From positions 89,443-153,442 of the forward strand of contig JACZJJ010000088.1 in NCBI GenBank assembly GCA_014860625.1: a stretch of 64,000 nt of DNA, written 5' to 3'. Source of the stretch: Bacteroidales bacterium (GTDB taxonomy: Bacteria; Bacteroidota; Bacteroidia; Bacteroidales; FEN-979). The position numbers and the translations under genes are program-made. Shown here piece by piece: positions 28,892-37,910 of the stretch. Position 1 is the first letter of the stretch, and every line of letters begins with the position of its first letter. The notes under the pieces are model-generated. The model ran no database searches. It was not told where the DNA came from and saw only the letters and a list, made by a program, of their open reading frames with translations.

Positions 28892-28957
28892 GCCTCATTT
28901 TATTTATCCCCTTTTATTCATTTAAGTTTTTACAACTTGTAAAATTGATTTTATATT

Positions 28958-30205
28958 ATGGCTATCTTAAAAGCATTCAAAGGATTTCGACCACCAGCAG
29001 AACATGCAAAGGATGTGGCGTCCCGACCTTATGATGTGTTGAACTCAAAGGAAGCACGCGTTGAAGCAGAAGGGAATCCCTATTCTCTTCTTCACATTAT
29101 CAAACCCGAAATAGATCTTCCGGCTGATCTGGATGAACATGACGCAAGGGTTTACGAGAAAGCCAGGGAAAATTTTGACGTGTTCAGACTGAACGGGTGG
29201 CTTGTTCAGGATGACAAAGAGCGTTTATATATCTACGCTCAAACCATGAACGGTAAGAGACAGTATGGTATTGTTGGTTGTGCCGGGGTGGATGATTACC
29301 TGAACGGCATCATAAAAAAGCATGAACTTACCCGCAACGAAAAAGAGGAAGACCGCATGAAGCATGTGCGTATTACCGATGCAAACATGGAGCCTGTCTT
29401 TTTCACCTATCCTGCTGTCAAGGCGATTGATACCGTTGTTGAAGCGTATGTAAACCAACACTCTCCTGTTTATGATTTTACGGCAGTGGATGGCATCGGA
29501 CACCATTTCTGGGTGATCGAAGATGATGCAACGAGAGATAATCTGATTGAACTCTTCAAAGAGGTTCCCTATACCTATGTCGCCGACGGTCATCATCGCA
29601 CTGCCGCTGCTGCACTGGTGGGAAATGAAAAGAGAAGGCAAAAGCCGGATTACACAGGAGGCGAAGAGTTTAACTACTTCCTGGCGGTTCACTTCCCCGA
29701 CAATCAGCTCTCTATCATCGACTACAACAGGGTAGTTAAAGACCTGAACGGACTTAGCAAGGAGGAGTTCCTGAGGAAACTGGAGCTTGTATTTACCATC
29801 GAACCTAAAGGCTCTGAGATCGTTAAACCCGACCGTTTGCACAACTTCTCCATGTACCTCGACGGGAAATGGTATTCGCTTTCAGCGAAGCCAGGAACGT
29901 ATAACGACTCCGATCCTATCGGCGTCCTTGATGTAACCATCCTTTCACAGCTTGTTCTTGATAATATCCTTGGAATCAAAGATTTGCGCACAGATAAACG
30001 GATCGATTTTGTGGGAGGTATCCGGGGGCTTGGAGAGTTGGTGAAACGTGTCGACAGCGGCGAAATGAAAGTAGCATTTGCACTTTATCCGGTTTCCATG
30101 AAACAGCTTATCGACATTGCAGATACCGGAAACATCATGCCACCTAAGACGACCTGGTTCGAGCCCAAACTAAGAAGCGGACTGGTGGTGCACCAGCTGG
30201 ACTAA
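28958..30205 (+). CDS. DUF1015 domain-containing protein
   Basis: 415 aa. ILKAFKGFRP start and YVADGHHRTAAA motif as I remember for DUF1015. Conserved linkage to serC-serA. Confidence 0.75.
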   Translation: MAILKAFKGFRPPAEHAKDVASRPYDVLNSKEARVEAEGNPYSLLHIIKPEIDLPADLDEHDARVYEKARENFDVFRLNGWLVQDDKERLYIYAQTMNGKRQYGIVGCAGVDDYLNGIIKKHELTRNEKEEDRMKHVRITDANMEPVFFTYPAVKAIDTVVEAYVNQHSPVYDFTAVDGIGHHFWVIEDDATRDNLIELFKEVPYTYVADGHHRTAAAALVGNEKRRQKPDYTGGEEFNYFLAVHFPDNQLSIIDYNRVVKDLNGLSKEEFLRKLELVFTIEPKGSEIVKPDRLHNFSMYLDGKWYSLSAKPGTYNDSDPIGVLDVTILSQLVLDNILGIKDLRTDKRIDFVGGIRGLGELVKRVDSGEMKVAFALYPVSMKQLIDIADTGNIMPPKTTWFEPKLRSGLVVHQLD

Positions 30206-30217
30206 ATGCTGAATCAC

Positions 30218-30334
30218 TAGTCCACCTTGACTAACCTGACTAACCTGACTAACCTGACTAACCTGACTAACTTGTCCAACCTGTCCAACCTGTCTAACCT
30301 GTCTAACCTGTCTAACTTGTCCAACCTGACTACC
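30218..30334. repeat. Tandem 9-bp repeat array, about 13 units (consensus CTGACTAAC / CTGTCTAAC)
   Basis: Read directly: tagtccacc, ttgactaac, ctgactaac x4, ttgtccaac, ctgtccaac, ctgtctaac x3, ttgtccaac, ctgactacc. It covers nearly all of the spacer between the convergent stops at 30205 and 30330 and overlaps the TAG of the minus-strand gene. Confidence 0.9.
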
Positions 30335-32186
30335 TGAGATATTCACCGAACACCTCCTGGAGGTAAGCTTTGCCTTCAAGGATAAGTGTATCCCTGCGCT
30401 TTTCTGATGGCTCCAGAAAGTAGAAGTTTGGATTACCCAGATCAAAGGAGAAATAGCCGTCGGGGCGAATCCACCCAGCACCATCCTCATTTGTAAAATA
30501 GGCATAATCAGAAACATACGGATTGAAAAGATTTTTACTCCAATGAAACTGACGAGCCGGAAGATCCAGCTGGGCAAGCAATGTTGCCGGAATATCGTGC
30601 TGGTTGCCCAGTTTATTCCAGGTCGTTCCACGGTACTCCTCCCTGACTACCTCTCCATAGAAGAGCATGGGAATCTTATGGTATTCTCTCGAATGGGGAT
30701 GCCAGTTATAGTATGAGTTATGACTATGGTCCGCTACCACAATAAATAGCGTGCTGTCATACCAGGGTTTTTCTGAAGCCTGCTGAAAGAACTCGCCGAG
30801 ACAATGGTCGGTATAGAGCGCAGCATTGATGTATTCCCTCTCATTGTCTCCCCACTTCAATGGTTTTTCATAGGGTTGATCCCATGGAGAATGGGTACTG
30901 ACTGTGAATAGAGCTGCAAGAAAAGGCTGTTTCATCTGGTCAAGATCATCGGCCATATAACCCAGGGTAAATTCGTCGTGGATACCCAGTTTCCCCTGAG
31001 GGAAACTATCCGGAAAATCGTATACTTCCATGATTTTCTCGAAGCCATTGTAGTAAATATACCCTTTGATATTTCCGTAAATCAGCTGTCCGCCAAAGTA
31101 AAACGCCGTTGAATATCCTGCTTTGGAAAGATCGCGTGAGAGACTGGGCACCTTTTTATATTTATCAGGCTGAACAGTGATGCATGAGATCGGATGCGAC
31201 GGAAAACCTCCGAAAATAGAGGCCATCCCCTGTTCAGAACGTGCACCTGAAGAGATGATATCTGTAAATAAGATCCCTCCTTCCTGCAACTTCCTGAATT
31301 CGGGAGTGATCCCGGGTTTTCCGCCCAGGTCGGCGATCAGATCGGCCGACCAACTTTCCAGAATGATCAATACAATGTTTGGCCTTCGAGTCGTCAGAAT
31401 ATGGATTGTCGTATCTTTTTCAACCTTAAATATCTGATCCACATAAGATCTGGCCGACGCGTCATCCATAAAGACATACGGGTTACGGTTGAAATTCTGC
31501 AGGTTTTCGAAAACACTGATATAGAGGTTAAATACATTGTTCACCGAAGCGACATTCATGATATTGTGTTTCGAATAGATCGCTTCGCTCTGGTTGATTG
31601 GAATGGCCTGAATCCCACCCCGCATACCAAGTACAAGCAAGGGAGGGGTCGCTATCAGGAATAGCAGTGAGAACCACCATGTTCGCTTTACCCTGACAAG
31701 GCAGGGATTGAACCACCGGTTGTAGCAAAAAATACCCACAGCACTCATGACAAGCAGCAGCAGCAAAAGGATCAGAAAATCTGACGTGCCCGACGAGTTA
31801 TAAATCTCACCAGGATGGTCAAGGTACTTGACCACCTTGTAATTCAGCTTTGTTTTCCATTCACTGTATATACCTATCTCTCCCGTTGCTGTCAGGGCAT
31901 AAAAAACAACCATAATGGCGGCGTATACTTTGTTTACCCAATTCATCCATTTTGGAGAATAGAGGGACTGTATCATCAGGAGAAAAAATGGCAACACCAT
32001 GAAATAGCATGCGGTGGCCAGGTCCAGTTTAAATGCATGATATGGGAGAGACAGCACTTCCTGAAGAGGAATCTGTTCAATACGAATCAGTTGAAGATAG
32101 TAAATGACAAAAATAAAACGCGTCAGATTGAAGAAAAGAATCCAAAAGAGAAGTTGTCGAAAGAAAGAGCCAAGAATCTGCTTCAT
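30330..32186 (-). CDS. LTA-synthase-family membrane sulfatase/phosphoglycerol-transferase-like protein
   Basis: 618 aa. Five N-terminal TM helices followed by an alkaline-phosphatase-superfamily domain (NIVLIILESWSAD..., VVADHSH). Confidence 0.8.
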   Translation of the reverse strand: MKQILGSFFRQLLFWILFFNLTRFIFVIYYLQLIRIEQIPLQEVLSLPYHAFKLDLATACYFMVLPFFLLMIQSLYSPKWMNWVNKVYAAIMVVFYALTATGEIGIYSEWKTKLNYKVVKYLDHPGEIYNSSGTSDFLILLLLLLVMSAVGIFCYNRWFNPCLVRVKRTWWFSLLFLIATPPLLVLGMRGGIQAIPINQSEAIYSKHNIMNVASVNNVFNLYISVFENLQNFNRNPYVFMDDASARSYVDQIFKVEKDTTIHILTTRRPNIVLIILESWSADLIADLGGKPGITPEFRKLQEGGILFTDIISSGARSEQGMASIFGGFPSHPISCITVQPDKYKKVPSLSRDLSKAGYSTAFYFGGQLIYGNIKGYIYYNGFEKIMEVYDFPDSFPQGKLGIHDEFTLGYMADDLDQMKQPFLAALFTVSTHSPWDQPYEKPLKWGDNEREYINAALYTDHCLGEFFQQASEKPWYDSTLFIVVADHSHNSYYNWHPHSREYHKIPMLFYGEVVREEYRGTTWNKLGNQHDIPATLLAQLDLPARQFHWSKNLFNPYVSDYAYFTNEDGAGWIRPDGYFSFDLGNPNFYFLEPSEKRRDTLILEGKAYLQEVFGEYLR

Positions 32187-32199
32187 AATTCGGAAAAGG

Positions 32200-32207
32200 C
32201 AAAATTA
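32200..32207 (-). promoter_or_regulatory. Candidate -7 promoter box (TAATTTTG) for the LTA-synthase-family gene
   Basis: Exact TAnnTTTG on the minus strand, 13 nt upstream of the ATG at 32186. Confidence 0.4.
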
Positions 32208-32234
32208 GTTGATTGTACGAAACGATCAAATCAT

Positions 32235-32242
32235 TAACTTTG
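32235..32242 (+). promoter_or_regulatory. Candidate -7 promoter box (TAACTTTG) for yggS
   Basis: Exact TAnnTTTG 22 nt upstream of the ATG at 32265. Confidence 0.4.
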
Positions 32243-32264
32243 TTATAAATAAGAGCAGGAATTC

Positions 32265-32927
32265 ATGACCCTCCAGAAACAACTGCGAAACCTGATGCTT
32301 GAACTTCCACCCGGAGTCAACCTGGTTGCGGTATCCAAAACCCAGCCGGTTGAGGTCATCCGTGAGTTGTATGATGCAGGCCAGAGAAATTTCGGAGAAA
32401 ACAGGGTGCAGGAGTTGATTGCCAAACAGCCTCAATTACCCGCTGATGTCAAGTGGCATTTTATCGGACATCTCCAGAGGAATAAAGTAAAATCTATCGT
32501 TCCGATCACTTCATTGATTCACAGCATTGACAGTTTCAGACTATTAAAGGAAGTTAACAAAGAGGCTTCACAGATTTCGCGAAGAATAGATTGCCTTCTT
32601 CAGTTTCATATCGCCACTGAAGAGACCAAGTTTGGTCTGAACATGGAAGAGGCTGAGTCCATGCTATCCTCCGGGGAGTTTTCAGGGTTGAAGTTTGTGA
32701 ATATATGCGGTGTTATGGGGATGGCTACTTATACTGAAAATGAGGCTATGGTGAGCCGGGAATTTCGTCAGCTCAGCACCATATTCACACAACTCAAGGA
32801 GAGGTATTTCAGCGGGTCAGCTGATTTTAAGGAGTTATCCATGGGAATGACAAGCGACTATATGCTTGCAATTAAGGAAGGCAGCACACTGATCAGGATC
32901 GGAACAATGTTGTTCGGATCCCGATAA
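32265..32927 (+). CDS. yggS: YggS-family pyridoxal-phosphate homeostasis protein
   Basis: 220 aa. LVAVSKTQPVE lysine motif and FGENRVQE. Confidence 0.85.
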   Translation: MTLQKQLRNLMLELPPGVNLVAVSKTQPVEVIRELYDAGQRNFGENRVQELIAKQPQLPADVKWHFIGHLQRNKVKSIVPITSLIHSIDSFRLLKEVNKEASQISRRIDCLLQFHIATEETKFGLNMEEAESMLSSGEFSGLKFVNICGVMGMATYTENEAMVSREFRQLSTIFTQLKERYFSGSADFKELSMGMTSDYMLAIKEGSTLIRIGTMLFGSR

Positions 32928-32961
32928 ATCAGCTTCCGGAAACTATTAAAAGATAAAAATC

Positions 32962-34080
32962 ATGGTACGATTCATCGTTATTCAGGTAATCCTGGTCATG
33001 GCCACAGCAATTACGGTTATGTCGCAGGTATATCTTCCGAAAAAAGCATACATGCATCTTGTCGGGAGGATTGATGATTCGCAGGAGATCACGATGAACC
33101 TTGTTAAAATGAATGACAGTTTGTATGCAGACCTCGTTTTTGCAGGCAAGCAGTGCAACTTTTCGGTCCTTTCCGGAAAGGTGGATGAAGCGGGGAATTT
33201 CATCCTGAGATATCCTTTTTGTGACACGGGGATGGTTTTCAAAGGTCGGTTTATAACGCGACAATCCATATCCGGCAATTACGAAACTTCTGATGGAGAA
33301 GCGAGTCAACCTGTAGTGATGGTCGAGAGTTACCCGGAAGGCTCCCTTCCCTTACTGGCTTACTATCATCATTATGTCAGACCCCTTGTTGAAAAGCCTC
33401 AATCCCCTGAAGCTGAGATCAGTCAGTGCCTGATCCTTCCCGGCGAGTCCAGCAACCCTGTTCTTTCCGACTCACTAAGAACCCTGATGATAGCGAGTTT
33501 TAGCGGAGAGAATAAGGACCTGAAAGACCCAGACAGGGCGATTCAACGTATTGAGGAGCGATTTATCAGGAACTATTTGTCGAGCAATGAAAGCCTGTAT
33601 GAAACGATGCCTGATGCCGGCAGTCTGAACTGGACCCTGCTGAAGTTCACTCACATCTTATATAACGACAACTATCTCCTCTCCTATTACGTTGTCAACT
33701 ATGCCTATACTGGCGGTGCTCATGGTTTGCAGACCGAAGATTATACCGTAGCCAGCACCAGGACCGGGAAAAAACTTACCCTGACCGATCTGTTCAAACC
33801 CGGATTTGAAACTCACCTTACGGTACTGCTAACACGCAAGTTGAAGGTAATGACAGGCATAAATCAGAACGAGAAACTGACTGACAATGGCTTTTTCGTT
33901 GACGATGTAGCTCCAAACAACAATTTTTACATCACCGCCAGCGGAATTGGGTTCGTTTACAACCATTACGAAATCGCTCCCTATGTGAATGGTCCTACTG
34001 ATATCCTGATACCTTTCGTGGATGTGAAACAAATCCTCCTTGAGAACAGTCCTGTCTCTGTATTCCTAGATAAAAAATGA
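32962..34080 (+). CDS. DUF3298/DUF4163-type secreted protein (RsiV/PdaC C-terminal-domain-like)
   Basis: 372 aa with an N-terminal hydrophobic segment. The YAYTGGAHGLQ motif is typical of DUF3298. Confidence 0.65.
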   Translation: MVRFIVIQVILVMATAITVMSQVYLPKKAYMHLVGRIDDSQEITMNLVKMNDSLYADLVFAGKQCNFSVLSGKVDEAGNFILRYPFCDTGMVFKGRFITRQSISGNYETSDGEASQPVVMVESYPEGSLPLLAYYHHYVRPLVEKPQSPEAEISQCLILPGESSNPVLSDSLRTLMIASFSGENKDLKDPDRAIQRIEERFIRNYLSSNESLYETMPDAGSLNWTLLKFTHILYNDNYLLSYYVVNYAYTGGAHGLQTEDYTVASTRTGKKLTLTDLFKPGFETHLTVLLTRKLKVMTGINQNEKLTDNGFFVDDVAPNNNFYITASGIGFVYNHYEIAPYVNGPTDILIPFVDVKQILLENSPVSVFLDKK

Positions 34081-34944
34081 AGCTCTCACGAAGCGGTTCT
34101 TCCCGAAGTAATCCCTGAACAATTCAACCGATCTGAAACCATTGTTCCGGAACAGGGTCACTGTTTCCTCTCCCAGATCTTCATGAATCTCCACATAAAC
34201 AAATCCCTCAGGCATCAGGTTGGTTTTTGCAAATCCTGCAATGGCATCGTAGAAAATCAATGGATTTTCGTTGGGGACGAAGAGTGCACTTTCAGGTTCA
34301 TGCTCCACCACATGACGGCTCATCGTCTCTCTCTCCTGTTCAGGGATATAGGGAGGATTGCTCACAATGAGATGGAACATATCCGGAAATCGGATTAAGG
34401 ATGGCTGTAGAACATCGTTCTCCAGCAGTGTAATTTCCAACAGATTGTTCTCCGCATTCTTTCTGGCAGTGCTGAGCGCAATCCGTGAAATATCAGTACC
34501 GGTAACCTGCGATGTGGGGAAGGCTTTTTTCAGGGCAAGGGCGAGACAGCCAGAACCTGTACCAATATCAAGAATCGATATTTCCTGATTCCTGAATGGC
34601 AAATTCTGACGGGTAACCATCACAGCTAACTCTTCAGTTTCAGGCCTGGGAATCAGAACACCGGGTTGCACTGTTAAAATCAGACCACAAAATTCTGTCG
34701 TTCCTATTATATATTGTATGGGTTCACCAGCCGCCAATCTTTCGAGTGAACCCATGAAACGCTTTTCAATCTCAGAGGTCAGCAAGACTGACTTTTTCAG
34801 GTGAACTGTTGCTCTGCTCCATCCCATCAGGGAACCGAACAAGTTGTACAGAATCGCTTTGATTTCTTCCTCAGGATAATGCGAAGCTAATTCCTGCCGG
34901 AAGAGCAAAACCATGTCATTTGCCGATTTTCTCCCGTTTTTCAC
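34066..34944 (-). CDS. prmC: Peptide chain release factor N5-glutamine methyltransferase
   Basis: 292 aa. SAM motif ILDIGTGSGCLA and catalytic NPPY (VSNPPYIP). The true start may be the internal Met 10 codons downstream. Confidence 0.85.
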   Translation of the reverse strand: MKNGRKSANDMVLLFRQELASHYPEEEIKAILYNLFGSLMGWSRATVHLKKSVLLTSEIEKRFMGSLERLAAGEPIQYIIGTTEFCGLILTVQPGVLIPRPETEELAVMVTRQNLPFRNQEISILDIGTGSGCLALALKKAFPTSQVTGTDISRIALSTARKNAENNLLEITLLENDVLQPSLIRFPDMFHLIVSNPPYIPEQERETMSRHVVEHEPESALFVPNENPLIFYDAIAGFAKTNLMPEGFVYVEIHEDLGEETVTLFRNNGFRSVELFRDYFGKNRFVRASFFI

Positions 34945-34981
34945 AGGACGAAATTAGAAAATAAATAACTTCGCTGTACGT

Positions 34982-35587
34982 ATGAAATCTTCTGATACAT
35001 ATCTCTCCATTGAAACGGAGTCGCAGAGTTCGCTTCGGGATAAAGCCAGCAGATTCCTTGGGTTTGCCTGTCCGGTAACAAATGAAGAGGAGGTAAAAAG
35101 CGTCCTTGAACGGTTGAAAAAGGAATACTACAGCGCCAATCATCATTGTTACGCTTACAGGTTAGGACACCCGGATGCTGACGTATACAGAATCAATGAT
35201 GACGGCGAACCTTCTGGTTCAGCAGGAAGGCCAATCTACGGACAGATTCTGTCGAAGGGGCTTTCTGATCTCATCGTTGTGGTAGTACGCTATTTTGGAG
35301 GAACAAAGCTGGGGATTCCCGGACTCATACATGCATACAAATCTGCGGCTTCAGATACACTGGATCAAAACAGGATCATCACAAAAGTGATTACTTCGCA
35401 AATTTGTGTCACATTTCCTGTCTTGCAGATGAATGAAGTGATGAGAATCCTGAAGCAGGAGGAGGCCGAAATCCATTCTCAGGATTACAATGAGCAATAT
35501 TCCATCCGTTTTTCAATCAGAAAATCCAAACAGGATTTGGTTCAAAGTAAACTTTCTTCTCTCGCTAACATATTTACATATGAATGA
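34982..35587 (+). CDS. yigZ: YigZ / IMPACT-family protein
   Basis: 201 aa. SRFLGFACPV, HHCYAYRLG and RYFGGTKLG motifs. Confidence 0.8.
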   Translation: MKSSDTYLSIETESQSSLRDKASRFLGFACPVTNEEEVKSVLERLKKEYYSANHHCYAYRLGHPDADVYRINDDGEPSGSAGRPIYGQILSKGLSDLIVVVVRYFGGTKLGIPGLIHAYKSAASDTLDQNRIITKVITSQICVTFPVLQMNEVMRILKQEEAEIHSQDYNEQYSIRFSIRKSKQDLVQSKLSSLANIFTYE

Positions 35588-35985
35588 TCAATATCAATAT
35601 CATGCAGTTACTTTTTTAATTCAGTCTTCTTTAGTTTTAAGATCCAAATATATATCATAAACATCAGATTGACAGCTTCTTACATATTTATAATCATTCT
35701 TAATAATAGTCTTTCTTTAATATTAAATACCTGTATTTCTGATATATATAAATCTATTATTTCGTTTTTTTAAGCAAAACAGGCACTTTGAATCAACTGA
35801 ACTGTCATTTTTTTTCAAATTCAACCCTAAAATATTTTTTTATTCAACATTTTTTTTAAAATTTTGTTAACAATTAAGTTCTCCCCAGCTCCTACAGGAT
35901 CTTGACTTGCGGAATAGATCCAACAGCTTGATATAAAGCAAGATAGATAAGTTTAAACAGTAAAACCCCACAGGTATACGTGTTA
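35588..35985. other. 398-bp AT-rich non-coding region immediately upstream of dnaA (candidate oriC / DNA-unwinding region or dnaA control region)
   Basis: The longest non-coding gap in the window. Multiple T7-T8/A runs and TATATATA. No perfect TTATCCACA/TGTGGATAA box found by eye. Confidence 0.35.
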
Positions 35986-37422
35986 ATGGAAAAGAATGTA
36001 GCAGAAGTTTGGGAAAATTGTCTCAGGATTATCAAAGACAATATAAACTATCAAAGCTACAAAACATGGTTTCTTCCGATCAAACCGCTTAAACTCCAGG
36101 ATCACGTACTGACAATTCAGGTACCCAGTCAGTTCTTCTACGAATGGCTCGAAGAACACTACATCAGCTTACTGAAGAAAACGATTAAAAAAGAACTGGG
36201 AACAGAGGGCCGGTTGGAGTACAGTATCATCATGGATAATTCAGACAACGAGCCTGGCCCTTTCGCCATACATGTTCCTACAACAGAGCGAAAAGCAACT
36301 GCCAATCCAGCCGTTTCCATGCCGATTGATTTGAACCGTGGGGCATCCAAAGAGATCCCGAACCCCTTTATTATTCCCGGCCTTAAAAAGATCAAGGTTA
36401 ACTCACAGCTTATTGAGAGCTACTCTTTTGACAATTTCATTGAAGGTGACTGCAACCGGCTGGCACGGTCCGCTGGTTTTGCTGTCGCTGAAAATCCCGG
36501 GAAGACTGCCTTTAACCCTCTCCTTTTATATAGCCAGACAGGTTTGGGTAAAACCCATCTCTCCCATGCCATTGGACTTCAGGTGAAAAATAACTTCCCT
36601 GAAAAGACGGTATTGTATGTCACTACCGATCAGTTTATCAATCAGTTCATTGATTCGGTTAAGAATAACAACCAGAACGATTTCATCCACTTCTACCAGA
36701 TGATTGATGTGTTGATCATTGACGACATTCACAATCTTGCGGGAAAAGAGAAGACACAGGACGTATTCTTCCATATTTTCAACCACCTCCATCAGAAGAG
36801 CAACCAGATCATCCTCACGTCAGACAAGCCTCCTGTTGAGATGAAGGGTTTGGAACCCAGGCTTCTATCTCGGTTCAAATGGGGTCTTTCAGCCGATCTG
36901 CAGATCCCGGATCTTGAAACCCGGATTGCCATCCTTCGTAAGAAACTATACAATGATGGCATTGACGTCCCTCAGGAAGTCGTTGAGTACCTGGCATACA
37001 GCATAAATACGAACATCCGTGAACTGGAAGGGGCATTGATATCCCTGCTGGCACAATCCTCCCTCAACAAAAAGGTGATCACGCTGGAATTGGCCAAGCA
37101 GATGATCGACAAATTTGTCAAAAACACCTCCAGGGAAATATCTATCGACTATATACAGAAGGTTGTGTGCGATTATTTCAATATCCCGATTGAGATGATT
37201 CACTCCAAAACACGCAAACGGGAAATCGTTCAGGCCAGGCAGCTCTCCATGTATTTTTCCAAAAAGCACACCAAGGCTTCTCTGGCAAGTATTGGCCTCC
37301 ACTGCGGAAATAAGGACCATGCTACTGTACTTCATGCCTGCCGGACTGTAAACAACCTGGTTGAAACGGATAAACAGTTCCGGCAATTTGTCGAGGAGCT
37401 TGACAAACGCATCAAACTGTAA
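35986..37422 (+). CDS. dnaA: Chromosomal replication initiator protein DnaA
   Basis: About 478 aa from the ATG at 35986; the ORF track starts at a GTG at 35980. AAA+ Walker A SQTGLGKTHL, Walker B LIIDDIH, and C-terminal DNA-binding domain ...VQARQLSMYFSKKHT..SLASIG...DHATVLHACR. Confidence 0.95.
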   Translation: MEKNVAEVWENCLRIIKDNINYQSYKTWFLPIKPLKLQDHVLTIQVPSQFFYEWLEEHYISLLKKTIKKELGTEGRLEYSIIMDNSDNEPGPFAIHVPTTERKATANPAVSMPIDLNRGASKEIPNPFIIPGLKKIKVNSQLIESYSFDNFIEGDCNRLARSAGFAVAENPGKTAFNPLLLYSQTGLGKTHLSHAIGLQVKNNFPEKTVLYVTTDQFINQFIDSVKNNNQNDFIHFYQMIDVLIIDDIHNLAGKEKTQDVFFHIFNHLHQKSNQIILTSDKPPVEMKGLEPRLLSRFKWGLSADLQIPDLETRIAILRKKLYNDGIDVPQEVVEYLAYSINTNIRELEGALISLLAQSSLNKKVITLELAKQMIDKFVKNTSREISIDYIQKVVCDYFNIPIEMIHSKTRKREIVQARQLSMYFSKKHTKASLASIGLHCGNKDHATVLHACRTVNNLVETDKQFRQFVEELDKRIKL

Positions 37423-37439
37423 CTCACGCCCATTCTCTC

Positions 37440-37910
37440 ATGAACGTTTTATTTGTTTGTACCGGAAATATCTGCCGGTCGCCGTTGGCTGAAGGAATAC
37501 TCAAGCAAAAATACTCGGAGCTGAATATCCGTGGAAAGGTCGATTCGTGCGGATTCGAATCATTCCATATCGGGGATCCTCCCGATCACCGGGCACAAAA
37601 AGTAGCCAGGGCCAACGGGATTGATATCTCTGGTCACTCATCCAGGTTATTCAGGATTGAGGACTTTGAGACCTTCGATAAGATCTATGTGATGGATTCG
37701 TATCACTACCAGGCTGTTATGCGTGTTGCACAGCATGAAAAACACCGCGAGAAAGTCGATTTTATCCGCAACGTGGTCTATCCGGGCCAAAACAAGCCTG
37801 TGAAGGATCCCTATTACGACAATTTCTCTGCTTTTGAGATTGTTTATGAGCAGCTGGATGAAGCATGCGGACGATTCGCGGAGTCACTTTTTCCAAAACC
37901 AGACAGATGA
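37440..37910 (+). CDS. Low-molecular-weight protein-tyrosine phosphatase
   Basis: 156 aa. P-loop VCTGNICRSP at the N-terminus and DP near the C-terminus. Confidence 0.85.
   Translation: MNVLFVCTGNICRSPLAEGILKQKYSELNIRGKVDSCGFESFHIGDPPDHRAQKVARANGIDISGHSSRLFRIEDFETFDKIYVMDSYHYQAVMRVAQHEKHREKVDFIRNVVYPGQNKPVKDPYYDNFSAFEIVYEQLDEACGRFAESLFPKPDR

Noticed and set aside
30156-30166. tRNA T-arm-like GGTTCGAGCCC.
   Set aside because: It lies inside the DUF1015 coding sequence with no acceptor or anticodon arms around it. No intergenic region in the window is long enough and structured like a tRNA.
30218-30334. Possibility that the tandem arrays (here and at 52539..52628) are CRISPR arrays.
   Set aside because: The units are 9 bp and contiguous with no unique spacers. 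There are no cas genes in the window. Repeat length is far below the 23-50 bp of CRISPR repeats.
30170-30631. 153-aa minus-strand ORF containing (RQV)n, (GQV)n and (SQV)n. Likewise the plus-strand ORF 52403..52642 containing (IHA/IHV)n.
   Set aside because: The repetitive peptides are simply translations of the 9-bp DNA arrays. The rest of each ORF is antisense or out of frame to real genes.
35588-35985. Calling this region oriC outright.
   Set aside because: I could not find a single canonical DnaA box by eye and cannot compute GC skew. It is kept only as a low-confidence candidate.
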